Assembly (NCBI GenBank): GCA_963745835.1
Contig: CAVUZH010000022.1
Location: forward strand, 32,001-96,000
DNA: 64,000 nt
Source of the DNA: an uncultured delta proteobacterium
GTDB taxonomy: Bacteria > Desulfobacterota > Binatia > UBA9968
Direction of reading: 5' to 3'
Below are positions 9,660 through 19,719 of this stretch, in pieces. The notes under the pieces are model-generated. The model saw only the letters and a program-made list of their open reading frames with translations. It was not told the DNA's origin and made no database searches. The stretch's first letter is position 1; each line of letters begins with the position of its first letter. A program made the translations under genes and the position numbers.

Positions 9660-10415
9660 ATGTACCGAACAGATCAATATGAAGGCATGATCGCCGAGAC
9701 CATGAGCATGCAGGGGCACAAAGGCGAAGCGATCAACGCTTACGTCGCCCGTCCGTTAGGCGCGGGTCCTTTTCCAGGCATGGTGCTGATCCACCACGCG
9801 CCCGGATGGGATGAGTGGTATCGCGAGTGCACTCGCAAGTTTGCTCATCATGGCTACGTCTCGATCTCACCCAATCTCTATTTCCGCGAAGGCCATGGCG
9901 GCCCCGAAGACGTCGGCGCGAAAGTACGCGCGGCCGGCGGAGTGCCCGACGAGCAGGTCCTGGGAGATTTAGATGGCGCTAAAAATCTGCTTCGTTCACT
10001 TCCGTACGTGGGCAAGGTAGGCGTTTTTGGCACCTGTTCGGGCGGCCGGCATGGTTTTCTCGCCGCGTGCAAGCTTAAAGGTTTCGATGCGCTGGTGGAA
10101 TGCTGGGGCGGAGGCGTGGTTATGAAACAGGAAGAACTCACCACCAAACGTCCGGTAGCGCCCATCGATTTTACCAAGGACCTTTCCTGCAATATGATCG
10201 GCATCTTCGGAAACGACGACAAATCACCGTCTCCTGAACAGGTCAACCAACATGAGGCGGAACTGAAGAAGCATGGCAAGAATTACGAATTTCACCGCTA
10301 CGATGGCGCCGGGCATGGTTTTTTCTATTATGACCGTCCGGCGTATCGCCAGGAGCAAGCGGTTGATGGTTGGAAAAAAGTTCTCGCTTTTCTTGAGAAA
10401 AATCTAAAAGGCTGA
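9660..10415 (+). CDS. Dienelactone hydrolase family protein
   Basis: GVFGTCSGG nucleophile elbow, GNDD, YDGAGHGF; AGGAGG RBS. Confidence 0.9.
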   Translation: MYRTDQYEGMIAETMSMQGHKGEAINAYVARPLGAGPFPGMVLIHHAPGWDEWYRECTRKFAHHGYVSISPNLYFREGHGGPEDVGAKVRAAGGVPDEQVLGDLDGAKNLLRSLPYVGKVGVFGTCSGGRHGFLAACKLKGFDALVECWGGGVVMKQEELTTKRPVAPIDFTKDLSCNMIGIFGNDDKSPSPEQVNQHEAELKKHGKNYEFHRYDGAGHGFFYYDRPAYRQEQAVDGWKKVLAFLEKNLKG

Positions 10416-10517
10416 TTGAAGATTCGATAAAGCTTCACAGCGCTGCGTACATCCTCAGGTCTACTGGTTAGGATCTACGCAGCCGGGTGCGGCGAAGTGA
10501 ATTGAAAGGAATGGAAA

Positions 10518-10811
10518 ATGTGCACGATGATTGTTCATCAGGCGAAGATCGAAGGCCGCGGTAAGAACGGCGGCGATTGGTTCGAGCTCAGCGAGGCCAA
10601 CATCTCCTACGATCATCCCTACGACATGCCGCTGGAACACGCGCTCAACATCGATTTCGTGAACGAGGCCAAGGGCCCGGCGGCGCGTGTGGCGGTGGAG
10701 TTGACCATTGAGGGAGCGCGCAATTTGATCAAAACCATCGAAGCGGTGCTGGCGCAAGCAGAAGAGCGCGGCGTATTGGAAGACATACGGGTAGCGGCAT
10801 CTTCCAAATAA
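10518..10811 (+). CDS. Conserved small protein (DUF6295-like)
   Basis: MCT...YDHP..PLEHALNIDFVN...RVAVELT pattern (family recalled from memory); AAGGA RBS. Confidence 0.7.
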   Translation: MCTMIVHQAKIEGRGKNGGDWFELSEANISYDHPYDMPLEHALNIDFVNEAKGPAARVAVELTIEGARNLIKTIEAVLAQAEERGVLEDIRVAASSK

Positions 10812-10834
10812 ACTAGCGGATAGGGCGAGCTTTT

Positions 10835-10991
10835 CTAGCAGGTTGATAAAAACCCGGACGCAGGCTGCTCAAAAATATCTCGGAGCCCGAGGCGCGCGAG
10901 GTTCAATGAGCTGGGGCGTGCGTCGGTAGTACATCGAAGCGAGGCGAACGAGCGCGACAAAAGCTATGAGTCTTTATCAACAGCCTGATAG
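10835..10991 (+). mobile_element. MITE-like dispersed repeat, copy A
   Basis: CTAG-CAGGTTGATAAAAA...CAGGCTGCTCAAAAA...GAGGCGCGCGA...TTTATCAACAGCCTG-ATAG; homologous to 47261-47419. Confidence 0.8.
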
Positions 10992-11069
10992 AGCGTCCTA
11001 TCCGCCCTATCAACACCAGCAAACCACCTCACTTTATCCTCTGCGCCGTTCATCCGGTTTCTGAACCGA

Positions 11070-12320
11070 TTGGCTGATTCACCCGAAATAGAGTTGCCAT
11101 CTCCGCCGAGCAACATTCGCCCCTGGTCGTCCCTGCTGATTCGGGATTACCGCTTGGTATGGTCGGCTAGCGTCTTTAATGCCGTCGCGGTTCAGGTACG
11201 AAATGTCGCCGGTCTCTATCAGGTGTACGAAATTTCCGGCTCTCCCTTTCAATTGGGGCTCACTGGTTTTTTCCAAGCTTTTCCTTTCGTCATTTTCGGC
11301 CTGTTTGCCGGCGCGGTTGCCGACGCTTTCGACCGTAAAAAGCTCCTCATTGCAACGGTTTCGATCCAATTCATTCCTAGCCTGCTTTTAGGGGTTCTTA
11401 CCGTCACCGGCAACGTGCAGGCTTGGCATGTCTATACGCTAGGATTTCTCGGCGCGCTGGTGGAGGTTTTTAATTGGCCGGCGCGCTCGGCGTTGATTCC
11501 CCGGTTGGTGCCGCGCCCATTGCTAATGAATGCAGTGACCCTCAACACGATTATCATCCAAATGAGCTTTTTACTCGGACCGGCAATCGGCGGGGTCTTG
11601 ATTGATCAGGTCGGCTTATCAACGACCTATTTCATCGCCGCCGCCGTGCTGATTCCAGCGGCCACAGCGATTGGCGCGATGCGCACTTCGGGAGTGCCCG
11701 AAGGGGTGCGCCGGAGGGTCAACCTGCGGAGTATCTTTGAAGGCATCGAGTTCATCTGGGTGCAGCGCATCATACTGTCGCTTTTTCTTCTCGATTTTGG
11801 CGTCACCCTGGTGGGTTTTTACCGGCCGATTCTGCCGATCTTTGCCGCCGATGTTTTTCACACCGGCGCCTCGGGGTTAGGGCTGCTCTACGGCGCTCCA
11901 TCCCTGGGCGCAATCGTCGGCTCTTTAGCCTTGCTCATGCTGGGCGATATCAGACGCAAAGGCGTTTTGGTAGTCAGCGCGGCGCTGATCTTTGCCGGCA
12001 GCCTGGCGCTGTTGGGAGTCGCCCATTGGTTTTGGATGGCGGTCGGCGCCACTTTGATTTTAGGATTCACCGACTCGGTCAGCGTGGCGATCCGCCGCAC
12101 GGTGGTTCAACTTCAGGCTCCCGATGGCATGCTCGGACGGGCCTCGAGTCTGATCTCGGTCTTCGCCCAGGCGACCAACGGGCTGGGAGCAATTCTAGCG
12201 GGCGTTGCGGCGCATTATGTCGGAGCACCGAACGCGCTGCTCCTGGGCAGCCTTCTCTGCTTCATCATGATATCGGCGATTTGCATCGCTATCCCTCAAT
12301 TGTGGCGATATAAATCGTAA
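11070..12320 (+). CDS. MFS transporter (EntS/DHA3-like)
   Basis: About 12 hydrophobic segments; AGAVADAFDRKK MFS motif A; GPAIGG; MLGRASS. Confidence 0.88.
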   Translation: MADSPEIELPSPPSNIRPWSSLLIRDYRLVWSASVFNAVAVQVRNVAGLYQVYEISGSPFQLGLTGFFQAFPFVIFGLFAGAVADAFDRKKLLIATVSIQFIPSLLLGVLTVTGNVQAWHVYTLGFLGALVEVFNWPARSALIPRLVPRPLLMNAVTLNTIIIQMSFLLGPAIGGVLIDQVGLSTTYFIAAAVLIPAATAIGAMRTSGVPEGVRRRVNLRSIFEGIEFIWVQRIILSLFLLDFGVTLVGFYRPILPIFAADVFHTGASGLGLLYGAPSLGAIVGSLALLMLGDIRRKGVLVVSAALIFAGSLALLGVAHWFWMAVGATLILGFTDSVSVAIRRTVVQLQAPDGMLGRASSLISVFAQATNGLGAILAGVAAHYVGAPNALLLGSLLCFIMISAICIAIPQLWRYKS

Positions 12321-12424
12321 GCGCCCGATATCTGCGAGCTTGCCAACAGCTATGACCGTGCATTGCCTGGCTCTGGAGGGCTCGCCGGTTTGCTCGCGTT
12401 AAACTTGGAAGTGTGAGGCCCGGG

Positions 12425-13477
12425 TCAGTAGAGGCTGCGGAAAAATCCGCTCTCCTCGAATCGTTTGCAGTAGCTCAAATCGGCGATTTCTTCCGGCTTA
12501 ATCTGCGATGCCTTGGCATTTAGCCCGTGCTGCGCCATGAGCTTGAGCATTGCGTTGATTCCCTCCACCGACGGGCAGGGTGGACGCGGAAGATTTGCCA
12601 GCAAGCCTTGATAAGCTTTTTCGACCCGGTCGGGTTTATCGAGGCGCAAATTTCGGCCCAGGCTCCTTAAGACAATCTCCTTATTGGCGGGCTTATGAAG
12701 AAAAGCCGCGCCTTCGACCGTGGCTTTGGCGATATTTTCGACTAACTGCGGATTGGTTTTGATCAAGCTGCGCGGCACGACCAGCCCGGACGATTGGAAC
12801 GGAACACCCTCTTTTCCGAGATCGATCAAAATCCGATAGCCTTCGCTGACCACCACTTGACCGATTTCCGGAGACAAGCTGGTCGCTTCCACACTACCCG
12901 ACCGGAGCGCGCCCATTCGTTCGGGCACACCGCCGATACCCAACAACGTGATTTGGTCGCGCCGCGGCACGAGTCCGAGATGGTCGAGTGACACGTAGGT
13001 TGCCAAAGATGCGGAGCCGGCCGGCGTGCCGATCGCCACTTTTTTGCCCTTTAAATCCTCGGCGCCTTTGATCGTCGGCTTGGCTACGAAAATGTAATCG
13101 AGTTTATTCTCCAGCCCGAGGATCATTGTGAAATCCCCGCCGCCAGTGTTGGCGTTGGTCACATGGGTCCCGCCAACCAGGCCCACCGGCACCTGTCCCG
13201 CCAGCATCGCCTGCATCGCTCGCCCGGCAATGATAAATACCAGGTCCGCATCTATGCCGTACTTGCGAAAAATGCCCTGCTCCTTGGCAATCCACAACGG
13301 CGCAACGTTGTTGCTGATGGCGCCATGCGCGATCAGGAGCTTCGAAGGTTCGGCGCCAACGCTCGGAGAGGCAAGCATCACGAGAACGTAAAATAGAAAA
13401 ATGATCGAAGAACTTGTCAGCTTGGTCCACCGATCTCGCGTACTCGAAAGTCTCCGGCTCAAAGTAAGGATAGCCAA
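12425..13477 (-). CDS. ABC substrate-binding protein (NMT1/SsuA/TauA-like)
   Basis: PLWIAKEQGIFRKYGID, DLKGKKVAIG motifs. Confidence 0.88.
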   Translation of the reverse strand: MAILTLSRRLSSTRDRWTKLTSSSIIFLFYVLVMLASPSVGAEPSKLLIAHGAISNNVAPLWIAKEQGIFRKYGIDADLVFIIAGRAMQAMLAGQVPVGLVGGTHVTNANTGGGDFTMILGLENKLDYIFVAKPTIKGAEDLKGKKVAIGTPAGSASLATYVSLDHLGLVPRRDQITLLGIGGVPERMGALRSGSVEATSLSPEIGQVVVSEGYRILIDLGKEGVPFQSSGLVVPRSLIKTNPQLVENIAKATVEGAAFLHKPANKEIVLRSLGRNLRLDKPDRVEKAYQGLLANLPRPPCPSVEGINAMLKLMAQHGLNAKASQIKPEEIADLSYCKRFEESGFFRSLY

Positions 13478-13495
13478 AATAAACCTCGCTAGTTT

Positions 13496-13861
13496 TTACG
13501 CTTTCCAGCCGTGCACGGAGACATCCACGGGAGTCCCCACCGGGTCCTGCACGCCCATTTCGGCGAATCTACCATCCCGCGGTTTTTTGTACGAATCGCT
13601 TTTCGCGCCCGTGGACGCCGCCGTTTTTAGCGTGCCTTCCAGATCTTCGACCTGGAAACCGAAGTGATCGATTCCCTCACGTCCGCCGCGCGCCGGCAAG
13701 ATCGCCATGTTGATATAACCGTCGGTCAGATAGATCGCGCGGTGGCCGTCTTCTCGCACCGGACCACGCCAGGCTTCGGTCATGCCGAAGGTTTCTTTAT
13801 AAAATGTTGCAGTCCGTTCTTGATCTTCCGCTTTGATGGCGAGATGTCTGATTTTAGCCAT
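13496..13861 (-). CDS. VOC (glyoxalase/bleomycin resistance/dioxygenase) family protein
   Basis: IRHLAI...FYKETFGM, GIDHFGFQVED, DPVG. Confidence 0.88.
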   Translation of the reverse strand: MAKIRHLAIKAEDQERTATFYKETFGMTEAWRGPVREDGHRAIYLTDGYINMAILPARGGREGIDHFGFQVEDLEGTLKTAASTGAKSDSYKKPRDGRFAEMGVQDPVGTPVDVSVHGWKA

Positions 13862-13876
13862 ACGTCTGTCCCCCGT

Positions 13877-14863
13877 TTATTTGTTTAACCTTTCTACAAA
13901 TCCGCTTTTTTTAATCTCGTCCAAGAAACTCTTGTTCACATACGGCGCCACAGACTGCGAGCGCGGCACGTTGATCAGATCAAGCTCCGCGCGCAACCCG
14001 TTATCATCCGGGTAAGGCAGCGACACCAGTCCTTCGCGATAATCATCGTACCAGAGCGCGACATGCTCTTCGCTCAAGCCTGCCATATATTTCTGGAGGA
14101 TTTTTATCGTCCCGGCTCGATTGGTTTTAAAATAGTGAATTGCCTCGACATAAGCTTGCACGAACCTGAGCACTGAACCTCGATCCGCTTTGATCTTGCG
14201 CTCGGTAGTTCCGAGCGGGGCGTCCAGCGCATGAAAGCCAAACTCTTTCGAACTCGCGCCTTTGAGAAATCGCGCCTTTCCGCGGAAGACAAGAAGCGCG
14301 CCCGACTCCCCGAGAACGCCGACCTCGATCCTGCCCGCTTCTAGCGCCTGCGACACTCCCGGCGTCCCGCCCATCTGCAGGATGGTGACTTCCGATTCCT
14401 TAATTCCGGATTTTTTGAGTGCGCCGCGGATAAAGGAATCGCCCGCAGAACCATACTGCGTGACGCCAACGGTCTTCCCTCGTATGTCGTTAAACGTCTG
14501 CACGGTTGAATCGGGTTTGAGCAGAACCCTTTGCGAAGAATATCCCGACAGAGATGAAAGGATCACGACATCGGCGCCTTGGGTGCGGGCTCGCACATAT
14601 GCGGGCGCGCCGGCAACGGCATAGTCGAGATCTCCGGCGATCAGAGCCTGGACGGTTCGAGGACTGCCGGGAATCAGCACGACCTCGGCGCTAAAACCGT
14701 GCTTGGCAAGCAAACCCGAATCTTTGGCGATCCAGAACATACCTTGTCCGGGATGGATCGCCACGTGCGCCAAAGTCAGTTTCTGTGCCAGGGTGCTTTG
14801 AGAAAATCCGACGAGAAAAAGCACGCTAATCGAAAGAAACAAAGTTTTCATGGAAGTCTTCAT
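13877..14863 (-). CDS. ABC substrate-binding protein (NMT1/SsuA/TauA-like)
   Basis: Signal peptide; WIAKDSGLLAKHG, DIRGKTVGVTQYGS. Confidence 0.88.
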   Translation of the reverse strand: MKTSMKTLFLSISVLFLVGFSQSTLAQKLTLAHVAIHPGQGMFWIAKDSGLLAKHGFSAEVVLIPGSPRTVQALIAGDLDYAVAGAPAYVRARTQGADVVILSSLSGYSSQRVLLKPDSTVQTFNDIRGKTVGVTQYGSAGDSFIRGALKKSGIKESEVTILQMGGTPGVSQALEAGRIEVGVLGESGALLVFRGKARFLKGASSKEFGFHALDAPLGTTERKIKADRGSVLRFVQAYVEAIHYFKTNRAGTIKILQKYMAGLSEEHVALWYDDYREGLVSLPYPDDNGLRAELDLINVPRSQSVAPYVNKSFLDEIKKSGFVERLNK

Positions 14864-14973
14864 AGTAGTTTCGGTGTCCCGGTTTACTGCGGTATTTTTT
14901 CCATGTCAACGGCTGTACCGCCGTCAGATCACTCCATTTAGTTCTTCCTTCGGTAACGCTGCGCTCTCTGTTT

Positions 14974-15924
14974 TCATATATCCGAGGTGCGCGATAAGAC
15001 GCCCGTCGGCAGATCGTTCGGGTCAATCTGATGCGCTAGTTTCTCACATACCGCGGCTAACGCATCGCGCCAATGGCGCATCGGCACCAGGCCAAGCTCT
15101 TCCGAGAGCAGGCAGCGCATCGGCGTGTAGCGAGGACGCGGTGCGATCCTTTGCATGTCGCGCTCGTGGACAACTTCTATAAGAGACCCGAGCTGCTGTT
15201 TTTCGAGCCCCGCCAGGCGTCCCGCTTCGAGAGCGAAATCGTAGTAGGAACAAACGCCCTCGTTGACGATCTGGTAGGTACCGTAATGGCGAAACCTGAG
15301 AATCTCCGAGCAACGAGCGATGAGATCTTCGACATAGGTGGTGCTCGACCAGACATCGTCGATGGCGCGAACGCGCCTGCCGGAGCCGAGATCGTTGTGC
15401 ACAGTGCAGAGAAAGCTGTCCTTGCCGCTACCGTAAACCCATGAAGTGCGGATGACATAACTTTGCGCGCACGCAGCGCGCACGGCTTCTTCACCGGCAA
15501 GCTTGGTCTTGCCGTAGATGTTTACTGGTCGAGGCTGGTCTTTGATCGTGTACGGCGCCCGTCCGATGAGTTCGCCGTCAAAGGCATATTGGGTGCTAAA
15601 TTGAATGATCTCCGCGCCACACCGAGCCGCCGCCTCGGCCAGAAACCCGGCTCCTTCCACGTTCACGGCCGCAGCTTTGGCGGCATCCCGCTCAGCTTCG
15701 TCGACCTGAACCACCGCGCAATTGACAATCAGAGATGGCCGTTCTGCGGCAACACGACTTCTGACCGCTGCCGGATCGGTGATATCGAGATCCTTTCGTT
15801 TCAACGCCAGCACATCATGATCGGTTGCAAATCGCTGCGCTAGATGGTGGCCGATTAGGCCGGCTGCGCCGGTGACGAGTACCTTCACGAAATCGAATGT
15901 AGAACGATGGCGCAGGGCCATCAA
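14974..15924 (-). CDS. rfbD: dTDP-4-dehydrorhamnose reductase (RmlD family)
   Basis: VLVTGAAGLIG, LDITD, NCA, PVNIYGKTKLAGE (YxxxK), RTSWVY, APRPRY. Confidence 0.85.
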   Translation of the reverse strand: MMALRHRSTFDFVKVLVTGAAGLIGHHLAQRFATDHDVLALKRKDLDITDPAAVRSRVAAERPSLIVNCAVVQVDEAERDAAKAAAVNVEGAGFLAEAAARCGAEIIQFSTQYAFDGELIGRAPYTIKDQPRPVNIYGKTKLAGEEAVRAACAQSYVIRTSWVYGSGKDSFLCTVHNDLGSGRRVRAIDDVWSSTTYVEDLIARCSEILRFRHYGTYQIVNEGVCSYYDFALEAGRLAGLEKQQLGSLIEVVHERDMQRIAPRPRYTPMRCLLSEELGLVPMRHWRDALAAVCEKLAHQIDPNDLPTGVLSRTSDI

Positions 15925-15990
15925 GAGTGCAAGGAACCGAAGATCTCGAGGAGAGCGCGCAGCAATGCGCGGCTCGAGGCTAGCAGATTT

Positions 15991-16119
15991 TTACGGAGTG
16001 GGACCTGCGAGAAAAAGCCACATCAAGATCAAACCCAAAGCGGCACCGAGCATCATGTAGACACCTACAATGAAGTTGAGCAGAAGATAGTCCCATTGTT
16101 GCGCGAAGGTCTTCCACAT
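15991..16119 (-). CDS. Small putative membrane protein (42 aa)
   Basis: MWKTFAQQWDYLLLNFIVGVYMMLGAALGLILMWLFLAGPTP; one hydrophobic helix; GGAG upstream; fills the gap between co-oriented genes. Confidence 0.5.
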   Translation of the reverse strand: MWKTFAQQWDYLLLNFIVGVYMMLGAALGLILMWLFLAGPTP

Positions 16120-16150
16120 AACGCCGGTGCCGCTCCACTGATGTTCGAGC

Positions 16151-16519
16151 CTAGTAGTACTCGTTGCCACGCTGGCGAATTTGTTCGAGCTGCTCGCGCT
16201 GGCGGTTAATTTCCTGCTGATTGCGGTAGATCTGCTGATCCTGTTCGTAGGCCTGATTTTCGCGGCCCTGCAACTGATCGCCGACAACCGCTCCGGCGCC
16301 CAGACCAAGTGCCGCTCCGATAGCTGCGCCCGCGCCGGGATGACGGACCGCGGAACCGATAAGGCCACCGGCGGCTGCGCCGCCCAAAGCGCCAATGCCG
16401 GCGCCTTTCTCACGGGTCGTGAGCCCCCCACCCGCGCACCCGGCTAACAAAGTTCCGCTTACGATGGCTACAGCGGCGATGCCGTTTAGTTTTTTTATCG
16501 CTTTTGTATGTATGCTCAT
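16151..16519 (-). CDS. Glycine-zipper lipoprotein
   Basis: Lipobox LLAGC; GAGIGALGGAAAGGLIG / GAAIGAALGLGAGAVVG; coiled-coil tail. Confidence 0.85.
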   Translation of the reverse strand: MSIHTKAIKKLNGIAAVAIVSGTLLAGCAGGGLTTREKGAGIGALGGAAAGGLIGSAVRHPGAGAAIGAALGLGAGAVVGDQLQGRENQAYEQDQQIYRNQQEINRQREQLEQIRQRGNEYY

Positions 16520-16640
16520 GGCCTACTCTCTCCTTTTGCCATTTAGACGAATGAAGCAGAGCTTCGTTTACATTGATCGACTGCACCCTGAAACATCCTA
16601 ACCCTTGTTAATGGTTGGCTTTTGGCGCGGCTGTTAGCGT

Positions 16641-17342
16641 CTAGCGCATTTTCTTGAGCGCCGAAATTCTGTCAATCAATGCGGGGTGGGTCGAGAGAAA
16701 ACCGCCAGCTTGCTGATCGCCCGAGGAACGCTGGATCCAGCCGAGGGTGTCGATCATAACCTCTGGCGGATAACCGATGCGGCGGAGCAGCACAATTGCG
16801 TGTCGGTCGGCGGCATATTCCTCTGTCCGGCTGTGGCCCCGGGTGATCAGTGTTCCAGCTAATGGCGCAATCGCGCCTGAGCCCGGAAGAATGTGTTCGA
16901 GGAGAGCTGCACCGATACTCAAACCGGCGCCGAGCATTTGCGCTTTAACGGCATGCCCCAAATCTTGATGCGCAATCTCATGCGCCATCACTCCCAACAA
17001 ATGATCATCGTTGGCGCGTTGCAGCAAGCCGCTCGTCACGAAGAATTGGCAACCGCCGGCATTGGCAGCATTGATTGTCGGCTCGTTCATGATCTGCACG
17101 CGCAGTTCATCAGGTTGACACGGCCGGTCCATGGCTCCCAACAGCGGAAGTATCGTTCGCCGAAGACGATCTTCGATCCGCGCATCGCCTCCCCGGCTCG
17201 ACTCCGAATATGCCATGGCCGAACCGGCGCGATGCCGCGGCACGGGCGAGTACCTGAACCCGGAAAACACTGCGCTGAGAATTCCGAGGGAAAGCACAAA
17301 CAAGGCGAATCGAAGTTTTAAATTTTTTATCGCCGCTTTCAC
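16641..17342 (-). CDS. M48 family zinc metallopeptidase
   Basis: INAANAGG, GVMAHEIAH, SRTEEYAAD, LSTHP. Confidence 0.9.
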   Translation of the reverse strand: MKAAIKNLKLRFALFVLSLGILSAVFSGFRYSPVPRHRAGSAMAYSESSRGGDARIEDRLRRTILPLLGAMDRPCQPDELRVQIMNEPTINAANAGGCQFFVTSGLLQRANDDHLLGVMAHEIAHQDLGHAVKAQMLGAGLSIGAALLEHILPGSGAIAPLAGTLITRGHSRTEEYAADRHAIVLLRRIGYPPEVMIDTLGWIQRSSGDQQAGGFLSTHPALIDRISALKKMR

Positions 17343-17377
17343 TTCATTGCCTCACATGATCGCCATATCCAGGAGCG

Positions 17378-18289
17378 TCAACTCGACGGACCCGGTGAAT
17401 CCACGGTAGTGGCCGACTGCACGCCGGTCTTATCCTGAACCAACTCCATATAAACGTTGCCGGCAAACATTCTGCTCCAAAGCTTAACCGGGATGCGCCG
17501 CTCATCGGCAGAGACCCAGATAGCAGCTTCATTCACGCGCCCCGCATAACCTTTTTTAGTCAGGTTGGTTAATTTTGGCACAAGTTTAAACGCCTGAATC
17601 ACAGCGCGGGATTCCAGCTCCACCGGCTCCTTCTTTTCCACGTTCAACTCGAGCAAATACTGATGACGACCGCCAAAAACGTGGAAAAACAATTTTTCAC
17701 CGACATTGAAGTCAATGCTGCGCGCAAGGTAGACTGCGGTGATCGGGTCCAAGGTATTGTTCGAGTCAAAATCGTAAACTCTGGGCTTCCTTCCTTCTTG
17801 CCAACGATTGACCGCCCATTTTTTGGCCTTCTGGTCGAACGTGGCCTCGGTATCGATCACGCGAGAATTTTCCCGCTGGCTGAAAACGAACCGCGACGGC
17901 GCCAGCGATTTCGCGTCGAACACTGAAGTGATGGTGTCGCGCATTTTCCAAATCAGGTCCAAACCTTTGGACGTTTTGGCATCAATCCGAACTCGGAAAG
18001 ACTTTTTCCCTTCGAAGATGATCGGTGTCGTTTCGATTTCCGCAGTGGCGACTGGAACGCCGTTCCAACTCGCTCGGTACCATGCTTTCTCGCCGCTCTC
18101 GTAGGGATAGAATTTCGGCTGGTACAGCGGCACGCTTGTGGGAGCCTTTGCCGGTTCCTGAGCGTGCGCCGCTGTCAGGAAAAGCGTTGCTAAAGCCAAC
18201 GCCTTAATAGTAGAAGGGAGTTTAAGCAAGCGCCGCATCATTTTACGGTTTAGACGACTCATAGATAAAATAGTTACACATTTCGCCAC
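17378..18289 (-). CDS. DUF3108-like exported protein
   Basis: Signal-like segment; GEKAWY.ASW.G, LDPITAVY, IWVSADERRIPVKL. True start probably a downstream Met. Confidence 0.7.
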   Translation of the reverse strand: MAKCVTILSMSRLNRKMMRRLLKLPSTIKALALATLFLTAAHAQEPAKAPTSVPLYQPKFYPYESGEKAWYRASWNGVPVATAEIETTPIIFEGKKSFRVRIDAKTSKGLDLIWKMRDTITSVFDAKSLAPSRFVFSQRENSRVIDTEATFDQKAKKWAVNRWQEGRKPRVYDFDSNNTLDPITAVYLARSIDFNVGEKLFFHVFGGRHQYLLELNVEKKEPVELESRAVIQAFKLVPKLTNLTKKGYAGRVNEAAIWVSADERRIPVKLWSRMFAGNVYMELVQDKTGVQSATTVDSPGPSS

Positions 18290-18418
18290 AAAGAAAAGCA
18301 GCGTTGCAATCTCGCCAATAGCGCTTGGAGCGATGAGTAATGACGGCGTTTTATTGCGGCCTGATCATCTTGTGGTTAAAATTGCAGCAATCGCGCACCA
18401 AGAAGGAGAATTCTCATT

Positions 18419-19582
18419 GTGTCATTACTTGCATTAAAGCTGGCAAGGACGTTGTTTTGGCTGGCAATCTTTTCCACAGCTCAACTTACTTCGAGCTTTG
18501 CGCAGGTTGAGCCGCAATCCTCAACGTCATCTGAGTTACCTTCCATCGAGGCGCTGAAATTTTGCCTTACCGGAGCCGAGAGCGCTGTTTGCCTGGACAA
18601 GATTTTCCGCGAAGTCCTAAAAACCGAGTCGACGAAAGCTGCTTTACAGCTCATCCAGCGCTTTGAACTCCAGGATCCTGAGCTGCGCCGCGATTGCCAC
18701 CCCATCGTCCACGCCGTCGGTCGCGAAACCTTCCGAATTAAGGGTAACATCCACGACTCCTTCTCGGCGTGCGATCAAACCTGCCACTCCGGCTGCTACC
18801 ACGGTTCCGTGGAGCGTTTTTTACGCGGCGAGGACATTTATTCTCAAGTCGAGCGCCATCCAAGCCAGGCGGAGCTTAAAGAGAAAGCCGCGGCCGCCTG
18901 CGACTCCGACGTGCCGGTAAGATTGCGTTTTCAATGCCTACACGGTCTCGGCCATGCTCTGATGTTCTTTTCACGCTACAAGCTCGCTCCGTCGCTCGAA
19001 GCATGTGACGGGTTAATCGAAGAATGGAGCCGCCAGTCGTGCTATGGCGGTGTGTTCATGGAAAATGTTTCTAGTTCCACACCGGAACTGCGCGATCTCA
19101 GCCCCACCGACTACCATTATCCCTGCAATAAGGTCGATACTCGCTACCGAGGCGAATGCTATGTGATGCAGACCTCCAGGATGACTGAAATGGGGCTGTC
19201 GGCGTCCAGAATTTTTGAGGAGTGTCAAAAGAGCGGTGAATACGATTTGCCGTGCACACTTTCCATCGGCCGCGATCTTTCCAACGATGTTCGAATCGGC
19301 CAGTCGCGGCCCACCGCGCAGAAATGCGAATCGGTGGCAGGCGCGCGCCGGCTGGCGTGCATGCGCGGCGTGATCTATGCTTTAATCGACAACACCTGGG
19401 ATGGCCGTTATGTGCTGCCCTTCTGCGTTGCCTTCGCGGAGGAAAGCGACCAACAGAGTTGTATAAGAGAAAGCATCGGCTATCTGAAAACGACCTTTCA
19501 AAAATCAGTCGAAGAGATCACCAACGACTGCGCACAGTATCTGGGCCAACCGAAGCGCTGCCTGGATTTGGCATCGCGTTAG
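18419..19582 (+). CDS. Exported Cys/His-rich conserved hypothetical protein
   Basis: Signal peptide; DCHPIVHAVG, CHSGCYHG, QCLHGLGH, CYGGVFMEN motifs. Confidence 0.75.
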   Translation: MSLLALKLARTLFWLAIFSTAQLTSSFAQVEPQSSTSSELPSIEALKFCLTGAESAVCLDKIFREVLKTESTKAALQLIQRFELQDPELRRDCHPIVHAVGRETFRIKGNIHDSFSACDQTCHSGCYHGSVERFLRGEDIYSQVERHPSQAELKEKAAAACDSDVPVRLRFQCLHGLGHALMFFSRYKLAPSLEACDGLIEEWSRQSCYGGVFMENVSSSTPELRDLSPTDYHYPCNKVDTRYRGECYVMQTSRMTEMGLSASRIFEECQKSGEYDLPCTLSIGRDLSNDVRIGQSRPTAQKCESVAGARRLACMRGVIYALIDNTWDGRYVLPFCVAFAEESDQQSCIRESIGYLKTTFQKSVEEITNDCAQYLGQPKRCLDLASR

Positions 19583-19719
19583 ACGAAGATCTACTAGCTG
19601 CCACCGTAAACATTATGGCTCGTTCGAGCAATTCCGCGCACGCCTCGGATGATAGCGAAATTCAAGATCAGGAGGGTTTATCTGAAAACGATTAACGCAC
19701 GGTTGTGGTTCTCTAACCG

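Noticed and set aside
10441-10485. Hairpin CTGCGTA-C-ATCCT...AGGAT-C-TACGCAG as a riboswitch
   Set aside because: A single stem without recognisable aptamer motifs or a U-tail; at most an mRNA-stabilising hairpin.
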